Assembly (NCBI GenBank): GCA_013239625.1
Contig: MU053588.1
Coordinates: 1,451,988 to 1,515,987 of the forward strand
Direction of reading: 5' to 3'
Length of the DNA stretch: 64,000 nt
DNA from: Lama guanicoe
Taxonomy: Eukaryota
Shown: positions 11,111 to 23,667 of the stretch, one piece after another
Numbering within the stretch: position 1 is the stretch's first letter
Layout: each line of letters opens with the position of its first letter
Translations under genes and position numbers: made by a program
The notes under the pieces: model-generated
The model's database searches: none
What the model was told of the DNA's origin: nothing
What the model saw: the letters and a program-made list of their open reading frames with translations, nothing else

Positions 11111-12408
11111 AAGAAATGGTTACTATCGAGGTTTTCAAACAGATCCCAAAGGGAAGCAGGGTAAGAGCACCAGTTCCAACAGTTCATCTCTACTCCCATG
11201 GACTTGCTCCCCCAGGTAATGCAAGCAAATCTCAGAAATCACACCCTTCCGTCCATAGCAATACATTATTTTTTAATGTAATGTGTAAGCTGTGGGAATC
11301 TTTTTGATAATGAGATTATGGAAATTGACTATGACCCAACTATGAGTTCAAAAAGTAGTTTTAAAAAAGTTAAAAAAAACCTTAAGTAGGATAAAAGGGC
11401 AGATACTGACAAGTGATTTTCCTTTTCCATTCTTCAATTTCCTTCTCAGAGACAATCTCCGTTAATTCTTGGGATTACAACCAAAGCTGTACTCTGATTA
11501 AAAAGAAAAACAAATATAATTGGATTTCAAAAGGGCTTACCATCTAGAAGATAACAATTAGAGGATAATGGTTCCCAGTAGAGGAGGGTGTACAAAGCAC
11601 CCCAGGAACCTTTGGGGAAAGTTGTGAGTGCATTTTGGTGTCACAGTAATGGGATGCTATTTGGAAGCTGTGCCTAGGACAGGGCCACCCGGGGGAGAAT
11701 GTTCCTGGATACCTTCTCCTAGTCAAAGTTCTGTGTGTTTTCAGGAGGAAAGCCTATGAATCTGAGCCTAGAACCCAATTCCAGTTTGCATATAAATGTA
11801 AAGTGTATTAATAGACGCTGATGCTCCAGGAATATGACTACTGGGTCAATTGGAAGATTGTCCTTGGCTTTTTTGGCACTTTATTAGTTGTGCTCCAATT
11901 CTGAAAGCCACAGAATCTCTTCATCAAAGCAATGCCAGCCATGGGACTTAGGGAGCTTCACACTTTGAGTAGCTGAGTCTTATTGGGACCAAGCCCAAGC
12001 ATCATTTGCATATTGAAATAGATAGTCTTTTAATAGTAAATTTCTTCCTTTTATTTCACCTTTACACTATATGTGTATTGCGGGCATTTTATTAACACTT
12101 AAAGAATTCTCAGTGGAGGTTTCATGATCTAAGCATTTCATTTCGAGATAGTAGAGGCTGCAAATTGGAGTGTGGTGGCTGGCTCTGACAGAGAGAAGTA
12201 ACCAGGGTGGCCACGGAATGTTGGGATGCAGGTGCATCTCTGCTGGAGATGTGGTTGGGAAGTTGCGGGGAAAGCCTGCCAGTCTGATGGTTTGCAGAAG
12301 TAGAAAATGCCTGAACCTTGGAGCACAGGGAAGCGGACTGCACAAATAATTCCAAAGACATTTAGAAGCTCCACCAGCTTGGCTTCCCTGCCCTCAGTTC
12401 TCTTATTC

Positions 12409-12975
12409 TTTTTTCCACCCCATTTATTTAATTGAAGTATAGTCAATTTACAATGTTGTGTTAGTTTCTAGTGTACAGCAGAGTGATTCATATATATATA
12501 TTATATATATATGTATTCCATTTCATATTCTTTCTCATTAGAGGTTACTACAAGATATTGAATATAGTTCCATGTTCTATACAGTAGGTCCTTGTTTATC
12601 TATCTTATATGTATTAGTTCACATCTACAAATCCCAAATTCCCAGTTTATCTCTCCCCACCCGCATAACCATAAGTTTGTTTTTTATGTCTGTGAGTCTA
12701 TGTCTGTTTTGTAAATAAGTTCATTCTGTGTCTTTTTTTTTAGATTCCATATATAAGTGATATCATATGATGTTTTCTTTTCTTTCTCCTTCTGGTTTAC
12801 TTCACTTAGTATGACGATCTCCAGGTCCATCCACGTTGCTGCAAATGGCATTCTTTTTAATGGCTGAGTAGTATTCCATTGTGTATATATACCACAACTT
12901 CTTTATCTGGTCATCTGTCAATAGACATTTAGGTTGCTTCCTTGTCTTGGCTGTTGTCAGTAGTGCTGCTGTGGA
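12409..12975 (-). mobile_element. L1 3' end, antisense
   Basis: Minus-strand ORF2 C-terminus ([33 protein letters not shown]) and 3' UTR. Confidence 0.9.
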
Positions 12976-12989
12976 ATACAATCTAGATT

Positions 12990-14700
12990 TTCCAGTCAAG
13001 ATGGCAGAGTAGTAGGACCACAAGCTTGCCTCTCATGACTACAACAAAACTGTAACTGACTGCTAAACAACCACCAAAAAAAAAAAAAGAGCAGGACCTA
13101 GCAAAAAAGTCTTCAACTGGAAGCATAGAGAGGGACCCACAGCAGGATGGTAGGAGGCATGTGCTTATGATATAATTAGGCCCCGGGGGTAGGCCACCCA
13201 CAAGTCACAGAGGCCCTCCCACAGGAGTGAGAGTTCTAAGCCCCACAACAGGCTCCCCAGCCTGGGGTTCCAGCATTGGGAGGAGGAAGAGATCCCAAGA
13301 CATCTGGTTTTGAAGGCCAGTGGGGCTTAATTCCAGAAGCCCCACGGGACTGGGGAAAACAGACTTCACTGTCTTGGGAAGGGTACACAGAATCTTGTGC
13401 ATGCCAGGTCCAAAGGTAGAGGCAGTGATTTCATAGGAACCTGGGCCAGAACCTGTCTGCTGGTTTTGGAGGATCTCCTGGGGAGTTAGGGGACAGCTGT
13501 GACTCACTCAGGGGACATAAAAGCTGGTGGCAGACAATCCGAGAGTGTTTTTCTACATGAGCTTTCCTGGAGTCTGACATCTTGCTTGGGTCATTAGCAC
13601 CAAGACCTAGCCCCACTTAACAGCCTGTAAGCTTAAGGGCTGGGACACCTCAGGCCAAAAAACATACTGGGTGGGAATTCAGCCCCACCCATCAGCAGAC
13701 TCCTTCCTGAACCCAAAGGCCTCTAGACAGGGCCCTACCCACCAGAGGTCCAGGACCAAGCTTCACCCAGCAGTGAGCAGGCACCAACTCCTCCTGCCAG
13801 GAAACCCGCATAAGCCTCTAGTCCAGCCTCAACCACCAGGGGGCAGATACCAGAAATAAGAAAACAACAATCCCAAAGCCTGTGGACCAGCTGGACTCTG
13901 GCTCTTGGGTGATAAGAGAGGAGTGCACTGCTGGAATGATGCATAGGACGTCTCCCACAGACATCTACTTCTCCAAGGTCAAGAAATGTAACTAAGCTAC
14001 CTAAAAATACAAACAGAAAGATAGACAATATGATGTGACATAGGAATATCTTCCAGGCCGTGGCAGAAGACAGAATCCCAGAAGAAGAAATAAGTGATGA
14101 GGAGATAGGCAATCTATCTGAGGAAGAGTTTAGAGTAATGATGGCAAAGATTGTCAGAGAACTCAAGAGGAGTATAAATGCACAGAGTGAAGTTTTTAGC
14201 AAAGAGTTGGAAAATATAAAGAATACCCAAACAGAGTTGAAGAATACAATTACTGAAATGAATAATATGCTAGAAGGAAGCAAGAATAGACCAAATGAGG
14301 CAGAAGAATGGATCAGTAGCTAGAAGACAGATTAGTGAAAATCACTACTGCAGAACAGAATAAAGAATGAAAAGAGATCAGGATAGTTTATGAGAACTCT
14401 GGGACAATGTGAAGCACATTAATATTCACATTAGGGGTACCAGAAAGAGAAGGGAGAAAGGACCTGAGAAATTATTTGAAGAGATAATAACTGAAAACTC
14501 CCCCAACTTGGGAAAGGAAACAGTCACCCAAGTCCAGGAAGCACAGAGAGTACCACACAGGATCAACCCAAAGAAGAACACATATTGTAATCAAATTGAC
14601 AAAAATTAAGGCTAAGGAGAAAATATTAAAATCAGCAAGAGAAAAACAACAAATAACATACAAAGGAACTCCCATAAGGTTATCAGCTGATTTTTCATTC
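12990..14700 (+). mobile_element. L1 5' UTR plus disrupted, truncated ORF1
   Basis: Starts caagatggcagag; ORF1p-like peptides EIGNLSEEEFRVMMAKIVREL and EKLFEEIITENSPNLGKETVTQVQEAQRVPHRINPK. Confidence 0.88.
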
Positions 14701-14749
14701 AGGTATAATGGACTTTGACCGCTGTCTCTAGCACCTGGCTTCAACTAAG

Positions 14750-15480
14750 GCAAGAATCACCAAGCTAGGATAAGACAGTAACAGACAACTGAGAAGAGAG
14801 GCTGGACCAGGTCTATAAGACCCATGTTACTGGTTCAATTGCACTGTTTACCAAATGTCTGTCTCACTATCAAAATGAAAAGTTACTGTTTTATTTCTAG
14901 CTATGTTTTTGCCCCAGTGTTTAGGATGAAAAGAAAACTCTGTGGTAACACTACCAGAAAGTATAGCTACTGGGGGCAATTTAACTGGTTGTTGGATCTG
15001 TCATCAAATTCCTTGATCAATATAAGGCCAATAGTAGCGCTTCATAATTCCTGTCACTGACTTTTCAGATGTTCCCATGATCTACAAAAAATGTCCCCCT
15101 TAGCATATGTTTGTTTACTACCTTCAATTAATTTACTTAATTCTGAAATTTCTATGATGAGAAAGTGATGTTGCAAAACCAAATGGTTCTTGCTTTTTAA
15201 AAACTGCTTTGCAGGGGGAAACTTGTGCAATAATCCAGACAGAATGTTGTGCTTTCATATTGGATGAATCCCTTGATATAACCATCAAATGACTCACATA
15301 GAAAATAAAAATTTCTGCATTGAAGGATTTCCTTTCTAGTCTCAATAAAATCTTAGGTATATAGTTCAGTTCTGAGGCTTTATGGCTTAAATCTTTGCTT
15401 CTGACTTTGTTATCATTATTGGCTGTATTGATTGTGTTCTATTTATAGAGTAACAATTTCTTGTGCCTCTCGATGTTTAT
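14750..15480 (+). mobile_element. Degenerate ERV env (TM subunit) remnant
   Basis: From 15171: LQNQMVL then, after a stop and frameshift, TALQGETCAIIQTECCAFI (immunosuppressive-domain-like motif plus CX6CC). A hydrophobic stretch LWLKSLLLTLLSLLAVLIVFY follows near 15380. Outer limits are approximate. Confidence 0.75.
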
Positions 15481-15689
15481 TCAAAATTCCAATTAAAATA
15501 ATGATGTCTAAATGACTTGAAATTGTTGATCACATCTATAGTTCTATGTAAAATAATGGGCATGCACAATGTACATACATAAGGAGGCTGGCATAAGTCA
15601 TATTGGTTGGAGATTGGCATAAGTCATATTGGACAACTCAGAAAAGACGATCAGTCCTTGTCAAGAATACTTAAGTTGAAAAAATTTAA

Positions 15690-16240
15690 ATTTCATATAT
15701 GATCCAGCAATCCTACTTCTGGGTATCTACCCACAAGAATTGAAAGCAGGACCCCTTCAAGAGATCTTTGTACACCCATGTTCATAGAATTATTCACAAC
15801 AGCCAAAATGTGGAAGTAACCCACGTGTCCATTGGCAGATGACTGCATAAGCAGAATGTGCTGTTTACACACGATGGAATAGTATTCAGTCTTAAAAAGG
15901 AAAGAAATTCTGATACATGCTGCAATATGGACCTTGAGGAGAGTGTGCTAAGTGAAATAAGCCAGACACAAAAAGAAAAAAACAGTATGATTCCACTTCT
16001 ATGAGGTTCTAGAGGAGGCAAATTCATAGAGGCCAAATAGAATGGTGGTTGCTGGGGGCTGGGGTGGGTGAAACAGGGAGATACTGATTAATGGGTACAG
16101 AGTTTTGGTTATACAAGATGAAAAGTGTTCTGAGGATTGGTTCCACAACAATGTGAATATACTTACCATTACAGAACTCAAAAGTCGTTAAGATGGTAAA
16201 TTTGACATTTTGCCAATTAAGAATTTCTATTAATAATTTT
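15690..16240 (+). mobile_element. Older L1 3' end
   Basis: Contains gatccagcaatcctacttctgggtatctacccac..ctaagtgaaataagccagacacaaaa and an L1M-type 3' UTR. Confidence 0.85.
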
Positions 16241-16959
16241 TTAAAATCCTGTTTACAAAATCGTAAGGAGGCTCAGAATAAATCCAATGAAAGATATGCA
16301 ATATTTTAGGAAGAAATTTATAAAACTTGAATGAAGACCATTAAAGAAAAGTTAGATATTGGCACACAAGAGGGCAGGATCTCCAGGAGGAGCAACATGG
16401 ACGAATCCAAAAGCATGTCCTCAAGGCAAATGTGAAGCTGTGGGTTGGTGAGTATGATATCACATTTACATACCACTTGACATAAAACAATGCTCTACAA
16501 TAATTGTTGGACAAACATATGTAGAAAAAGGAGAAAGTAATACAAGGAGCTCTGAATATAAGGAAACACTCACTGAAACACCTGAAGGGAGCTGTGAAGC
16601 CGAGCAAGGGGGCAGATATGGAGTGTTTGGTTTGTCACAGCTCGAATTTGAAGCCTTCACAGTCTTGGCTTGGAACTGGTGCTACCGATTTCTCTAGGTT
16701 CAATGCCAACTTCATGGACTGCAGGTGGAGAAGGGCCAGGGGCTCAGGGCACCTGCCTCCATCTGCACCCCAAGAGCCAGCTCCTTCCTGAGACTGACTC
16801 CGTCCTGTTGCTGCCCTGATCAGATGTCCCACACAGCAGGTAAGAGGCAGGATCAAGAGCCACCTCATATGTATAGATATTTTGATGGTTTCCGATATTT
16901 TGCAATTACAAATAGGCTACAATGAATAACTTTATGCACAGGAATTTTGTGCGTATGTT

Positions 16960-18775
16960 GCAGGAGGAAGAACTCCTCTTCCATAAAACAATCACTCTTA
17001 AAGAGTTCACTTATAGACTTTTATTCCATGTATCTCTGTCTCATTATTTTTGAAAATATCATCATACCAACTTGATTTTCTTACTGACAAATTTCGTAGC
17101 AGAGATGACATGAATTTACTGACTTATAGTAAACCTAGGCGCCAAGTAAATGTATTATGTTTAATGCTGATGACTCTAAAGACAACTCCACACTAATCAA
17201 ACCAATAACTCAAAGTTGTTTCACTTACTGAAGATGAATCCTAGAGCACGTGATCCTTTAAAAATCTGAGTTAGTTTTGGGTAATGTTTAGAAAATATTT
17301 GATTTTTAAGTGGTTACTTTGAAGTCAATTACAGCTCTTTTACAAATGAAATTTTGATAATATTATCTGGATGTACAAATATATCATATTTATAATGTAC
17401 ACGCAGACAGACAGACATCCAGGTAGACACAACCACACTAATCAAACCAATATCTCATAGTTGTTTCACTTACTAAAGATGAATCCTAGAGCACGTGATC
17501 CTTTAAAACTCTGAGTTAGTTTTGGGTAATGTTTAGAAATATTTGATTTTTAAGTGGTTACTTTGAAGTCAATTAGAGCTCTTTTACAAATGAAATTTTG
17601 ATAATATTATCTGGACGTACAAACATATCATATTTATAATGTACACGCAGACAGACAGACATCCAGGTAGACACAGACAGAGACCTCATAGTTTTCCTGC
17701 TTGAGTTTTAAAAGGCCTTCCTCCTCCCTCTAACCCCTGCCCTTTATTTTTAATTCTTTTTTGGTATCAAGTTCTTCTAATTGAGCCAAGGCTGCAGCCT
17801 CTCAGGCAACATGGGCTGTGTCTGCCTTTCAAGGACGTGGAAAGGGTTATAACTTCAAGTTGTCTCCCAGGAGTCCTATTTCTCTTTTGAAAAGATGTTT
17901 TATCAAGCTGGCTTCTTTTAACTGTGCATGCAAAAATCAGTTTGGGAATGTCAAAAGCACTCCATCCTGGCCATTTGAGGGTTAGATTAAGTACTTGCAA
18001 GTATTGGCTCCACACCAAGTGAGAAACCATTAGTCCTCTTCACCTAGGAGATGTATCAGTACTCTCTCAAGTCTAGAAGTCTTAAGATCACCGTTCAAAT
18101 AAAAGTCATGGACCACCACCTAATACAAGGAGCTCTGAATATAAGGAAACACTCACTGAGACACCTAAATGGAGCTGTGAAGCCGAGCTGCTCAAGGGGC
18201 CCATGCCTGGTACCGAGGGCCAGTCCAAAGTAGACCTCAGGTGGGATTTTGTGTGATCAATGTCGATAGCAATGTCAATGAAAATAATGATTAAACAATC
18301 TCTTATAGGAATAGAAAAGAGTTTTATCTGAGGGAAACTGAGGATTACAATCCAAAAGACAGCCTCTCAGGTAAGCTGGAGGAAATGCTTCAGAGAAGCA
18401 TGGTTTTCAACATCATTTTCTATCTTGTCAGAACAAAGACCATCAAACAAGTCAGGGAAACATTCCTTTAAGGTTATAAAAACAAACACTTACCCAGTAA
18501 GTCAGTGTGGCCTTGGCTCCTGGGAAGGGAGTTCATGCAGGGAGGACCAGCACTGGCATCCCAGGAAGGGAGGCATTTCATCTTTATTCTTTACATGAAC
18601 ATTCCTTAACTGTGATCACTGCACCCTTTACTTTAATGATCAAAGCAGACGTACAACATATGTTTGATAGGCCACACACAGGCTGTTTTAGTTACATAAA
18701 ACTTGAGTTAAATCACGTATAAGCCAGAATGACTTCCCCATACCTGAGGATGTGAAAATTTCTTTCCAGGAAAGT
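16960..18775 (-). mobile_element. ERV internal leader region plus probable LTR (~18273-18770)
   Basis: Composition and motifs resemble an antisense ERV leader and LTR; no coding motif recognised. Confidence 0.4.
17188..17675. repeat. Direct tandem duplication, period ~245 nt, two copies
   Basis: ccacactaatcaaaccaata...ccaggtagacaca at 17188 and 17433, with few mismatches. Confidence 0.95.
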
Positions 18776-19592
18776 CTAGGAGAGGGAAACTTTCCTATGA
18801 AGAAGAAGGGGAGACATGGAAAGGCTTCCACAACCTGGAGGGCCCCCCATGACGCTGCTCAGTTTCAATTCCCACCCCCTTTCTTTAATGCTTCTCAATT
18901 TTGAGGGGAACAAGAAAGGAAATGAAGTTGTGGATGGAGAGGTTAATCATAGACTCAGCTGGAGAACTCGGCTTTAGTGGGACTCAGTCACAAACAGAGC
19001 AGCTCATGCTATGCCAAACCATGGGCAACTCCATGGCCAGCTGCAGTAGGATCTCACCATTCCCCACCCCTTTCCTTTTCCCCAAATAATGGAGCCATAT
19101 TTTAGGAGGCCAGGATGCTCCTAGTAGTCCCACTACTGCCACCACTGTTTGTTTGTATGACCAAGACAACCCCCACGCCCAGATATTTGCCAGAGGGACT
19201 CGGGGGGCTCAGTGTAGAGTTGTCCTCACTCCTGAGACTCACCACAGTGGTGCAGGAAAGATGCACGTTTGAATCCTAAGAGAAAAACACACAGACAAAG
19301 ATAAGAATCCATGTGCCTCTTCCTTCCACCTTTTTCCTTCCCTGAGGGGTCCTGCAGATGGTACTCAGATTTCACCTTAAGAAACTAGAAAAAGGATGGA
19401 CAGGACCTTGGCAGATGAATGTGGAAGGCAAAGGGATTTATAGACGACAACTCTGAAGTGGGTTATGTGTAGTAATCATGTGTGTATATTTACACATTTA
19501 TATATGAGCTAATAGGAGGATCTTCTGAAAACTAGTAAAGAGAAAGAATAATGGGGAAAAAAGATCTGAGGCATTTTTGGCAAAATAATACA

Positions 19593-19598
19593 TTTATT
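19593..19598 (-). terminator. Polyadenylation signal AATAAA, copy 2
   Basis: Paralogous to 6311-6316. Confidence 0.6.
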
Positions 19599-20130
19599 AC
19601 ACATGATTGGCAGATAGATTGCTGCTGATTATTCTCTCCAAGCTTGAAAAGAATTTCAAAATAGTATAACAATTTTATACATCATATAATTTAGGGTATG
19701 GTTGGGCTCAGGGGACCACTTCATTTTTCACAGGGTAGGCAGAAACATCTGACTCCAAACTTGTTTTGAGGTAGTTGACTTTCAGCTGTGAGTCCTGGTC
19801 CCAGTCTTGAAATCTCAGGAGGTTAAGTTCACCACCCAAGGGGGCAGGAACTTTCTCAGCCATAAGGATGAGGTTCTAGTTCAGACCAAAGGAGAGGGCT
19901 TCCCAGAAGGCATCAGTAAATTTTCTTGAGCAGAAACAGAGGAGACAAGGGCAGGGGACTGGGGCCGAAACAGAAGGCCTCGGAGGGAGAGTGAGGATCC
20001 ATCCAGTTCCAGCATTTCCCTGTGCTCACCTGGAGGTCTCCACTCAGAAGGACAGGGGCTGCCTTAGAACAGCAGCAGCAGGTAAAACTGATGTAGGAAC
20101 TCCCTTCTAGTGGCTTCCAGAACCAGAAGC

Positions 20131-20191
20131 CAGGGCCCAGTAGGACCCTCAGTTGGACCCAGGGCCCAGTAGGACCCTCAGTTGGACCCAG
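20131..20191. repeat. 29-nt tandem duplication in the copy 2 3' UTR
   Basis: cagggcccagtaggaccctcagttggacc x2; single in copies 1 and 3. Confidence 0.95.
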
Positions 20192-20307
20192 GAGATCCCA
20201 GCATGCCAGGGAGCTACAAGCCCTTGATTAACAAATAGGATGTCCCAACCAATGGTCGCAGCTCCTGGAAGGCACAGTCAGGTGGTTTTGCAAGGACAGT
20301 CCTTTGA

Positions 20308-22284
20308 CTAGGACGGACGGACCTGCACGATCACACTGGAGTCGGGCAAATAGATTCCACAATGTTCAGAGTAGAGCTCCATATCCCAGATCCAGTGTTC
20401 AAGAGACACAAAGCGGACGCCCGTCTTGAGGTTGGAGAACACATGGCTGACCTGTAGGCAGAGAAAGAGGTAAGTCCCATTGTGCCATGGCCTTGTCCTC
20501 AAAAGGTGAGGCTGGGGCCTTCTGGCAGGAGGAATTTTCCACAAATGGCTGCGACAGCACCTCCAGTGCCCCCTGTACTTCTAGAATCAGACCACTCCTC
20601 ATCCAGACGTGGTATCTAATCACCTCCCACCTCCTTGAATCTGGGTGGATTTGCTTGTAACCAAGAGTGTGGTAGAGTGACTTTCTCCAAGTGACCTCCA
20701 AGGCTGGGTCAGAAAGGCAATGAAGCTTCTGCTGGTTTCTCCAGAACCCTCATGCGGGAGCCCTGAGCCCCTAGGAAGCAGTCTGACTGGCCTGAAGCCG
20801 CCATGCTGTGAGGAAGTCCAAACTAGACCACAGACAGGTCCCACGGCCAAGCTCTGAGACTAAACCAGGAGATGCTGGTCAATCACCAGCTGCTGTGTAC
20901 ACACTGCACCCACCCTGCCCCCAGCTCCAGCTAGTGTCTAAATGCAGCTATGTGAGAGTCCAGAGCAAGAAGCTCCCAGCTGAGCCCCACTCAGAAACCA
21001 GGAGAGGTGATAAAATCACTGCTGTTGATGTTAAGCCACTAAATTTGGGGGCAATTTGTTATGCAGCAATAGTTCATCATAGACTCCACTGACCTTCCCC
21101 CTCACCCTTGTCAGAGACTCACCTCAAAGATGACATTGTTTCTACACTGCCGGATGGAATAAGGTTTAGGAGAGAAATGGTCCAAGATGACGTGGTTGGC
21201 ATCAAGAATCTGGGCAATTAGCTGATAGACACAGTTCGTGCCTTGTTGGTCTGTCCACCTGTGGGAGAAGGGAGACCCTGGGGGCTGGGCTTGCTGCCAG
21301 TGCAGCTGCAATGTGCTTAAGTCATTTCTTGACCTCCTGCATCCTAAGGGGTTGTTAGGAGGCGTAAGTGAAGTCACTCAAGCAAAGGTCAGGGTTCAGC
21401 AAAAGGGCTGTTTTTATCACCCCACTCACCTGTGGGAGACGTAAATCTCCATCTTGCCACTATCCAGGAGTTCCGGCCAGAAACCCTCCTCCTCCAAGTC
21501 CAATACTTTCTTGTTGTAACAACACCTAGGAAAGGGGAAGAAAGGTCAATGAGAACAGGATAAGGACTCACAATGGCCCTGGCCCCTGGGAATAGGCCCA
21601 TTTACCTGTAGGCAGATAGGAGGTAGGTCAGATAAGGGAGTCCAGGAATGACCTGACAGTTTTCCTCCTCTGGCCAGTCGTCCCCATCGCTCAGCCTCAT
21701 CCATTTCTGGAAGCCATCTGTTAAGTTCAAAAAGTTTGTGCCCAAGTTCCAGGCCTGCCTACTGCTGCCACAGGGATGTCTCAGGGAGGTTCCCAGCGGC
21801 CCCGCCCCTCCGGCCCCGCCGGCCCCTCCGACTGGCTCCGGCGCAGCCACGCCCACCCACCAAATCCTTCCGGCCCCGCCCCTCGCCCCCTCTGGCGGGC
21901 TGGCTTGAGGGACTCCTTTCCTGGGCTCCACACCTTCACTCTCAGGTTTGCACAGCAGGTTGCGTCCGATGGGTCCGCGCGCGCAGAAGCGGCCCAGGAG
22001 GCAGGCACTGGCGGCGTCGGCGCGCGGCAGGCAGCTGCGGACGACCGGCCACAGGGCGCGGTGGTCCCGGGCCAGGATCTTCAGCCACAGGCCCGGGGCG
22101 TCCACCAGGGCGCGCCAGCGCCGGCACACCTGGCGGCAGCGGCCGAGCAGCGTGCGCGGGGGCAGGAGGCTCAGCACCGCCAGGAGCAGCTCCGGGGGCA
22201 GCTGGCTCAGGCCCAGTGCTTCCTTGGGCTCGGAAACCACGGGGGAACCCCGACCAGCCAGCCCCTGGAGGGTAAGACACCCAT
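20308..22284 (-). pseudogene. FBXO27-like: FBXO27-like copy 2, frameshifted as assembled (recent pseudogene or homopolymer error); exons 21934-22284, 21606-21717, 21430-21525, 21123-21258, 20308-20451
   Basis: The ATG at 22284 reads [25 protein letters not shown]. One extra base in the G5 run at 22241-22245 would restore a 279-aa frame. All other exons are open, with GT-AG sites. Confidence 0.8.
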
Positions 22285-23356
22285 GATCTCCTCGCCAGGG
22301 TAGGCTGTCCCTGTTGGAGATCCAGTGTCAAGACGTCAGGGACCTGCAGCGCCTCGTCCCCCAACCCCTCCCCTGCCAGCCGTACCCCAAGACTGTCAGC
22401 TCCCAAACGCTATCAGCCACCTCCGTATCCTCACCACCTCGAATTCTCTCCTCAAGTCCGCAGTCTCGCAGCTGGTCCTTGCCACCCACCCATCTCAACT
22501 CCTTCCCACTGTGCTCACCACAGACCCCAGCAGCCGACCCTCTCCGTGGCCTCAGGGAACCCCGAGGTCTAACCTACATTGTCAGCCAGCAGTCCTCGCC
22601 AGTGGGCTTTCACATTGCTTCACTCGCCCCAGTCTCTAATTCTGCCCTTTGTATTCTCCAGCCTCTCCCTCTTAATTCCCAGCACTATCTAACCCCTGAT
22701 CCCATCCTCCCTCTGACCTCCCAGTCTTTGCCCTCCCCTCCCTCCGCCTTGCCCAGACTGACCAATCAGCCCCTCCCGGACCCATTCCCTCGCCCCCATT
22801 CTCCAGACAGCCCCTCCTTGGGACGGTATTCAGACCACTGAGTAACTACCCAACCTAATCGGAAGCCTCAGAAGAGAGAGGTGGGGCACCGGGATCCAGA
22901 GTCTGTCACTCTTGGTCCATACCAGTGGCCCCTTGGAGTGTCCCTGTAAGGTGCTTGGTGCTGAACAGCTGCTGTTATTTTGATCAGGCTTCGGCGGGAG
23001 TCCTCATATTTGTTAGTTCCTGCAAAAATTCCCATCACCTTTAAAGGCTGGGAGATTACTTCACAGGAGAAAACGGGCCCCAGCAGGATTCAAGTGCATT
23101 TCTATTTGACTCCCTAAAAATGCAAGCTACACATATAATTTTAAATAACAGCAAGTAAAATGAGACGTATATTCTGGCCCACATGGAACCTACCTTACAG
23201 GGGGAAAGACACAGTGAACAGGAGGCAGAGTAAGCCAATTACATACTGTTGGGGAAATCATTAAACATAAAATCTGCCAACACCCTTTCCCCGAAATCCT
23301 CTCCACAAATGTAGAAAAGATTGAAACAGTTTTATTATTGAAGAAGTGTTAAATCT

Positions 23357-23667
23357 TGTTGCTGAATCCAAACTCATTCTGCTCGCTATACGACAGGCCA
23401 ATAAATCAGGAGATGAGGTTGGGGCAAGGAATAGCGACTTTATGCGGAAAGCCGGCAGATCAAGAGGATGGCAGACTAATGTCTTGGAGAACCATCCAGC
23501 TCTAGTCAGAATACAGCCTCTTTTTATACAAAAAATAAGGGAGAGGGTGTGGTTGATTGTTGTAATCTTCTTGCTGCAGGCATTCTTTGTTCTTGCAGCC
23601 CTCCCCGTGGGCTAGGTCATGGTGTCCCTGTAAACCTCCAGCAAAACAAAGGTTATTCTCAACTACA
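23357..23667 (-). mobile_element. Solo LTR specific to the copy 2 upstream region
   Basis: TG...CA ends, flanks atct/gtct, minus-strand TATAAAAA near 23521-23528; empty sites at ~10890 and ~36598. Confidence 0.7.

Larger units (their letters stand above)
6027..12408. repeat. Tandem duplication unit 1 (3' flank, gene, 5' flank)
   Basis: 3' UTR, introns and upstream sequence are collinear with ~19560-24390 and ~30281-39230. Confidence 0.88.

Noticed and set aside
13735..14283. 182-aa hydrophobic minus-strand ORF
   Set aside because: Antisense of A-rich L1 ORF1.
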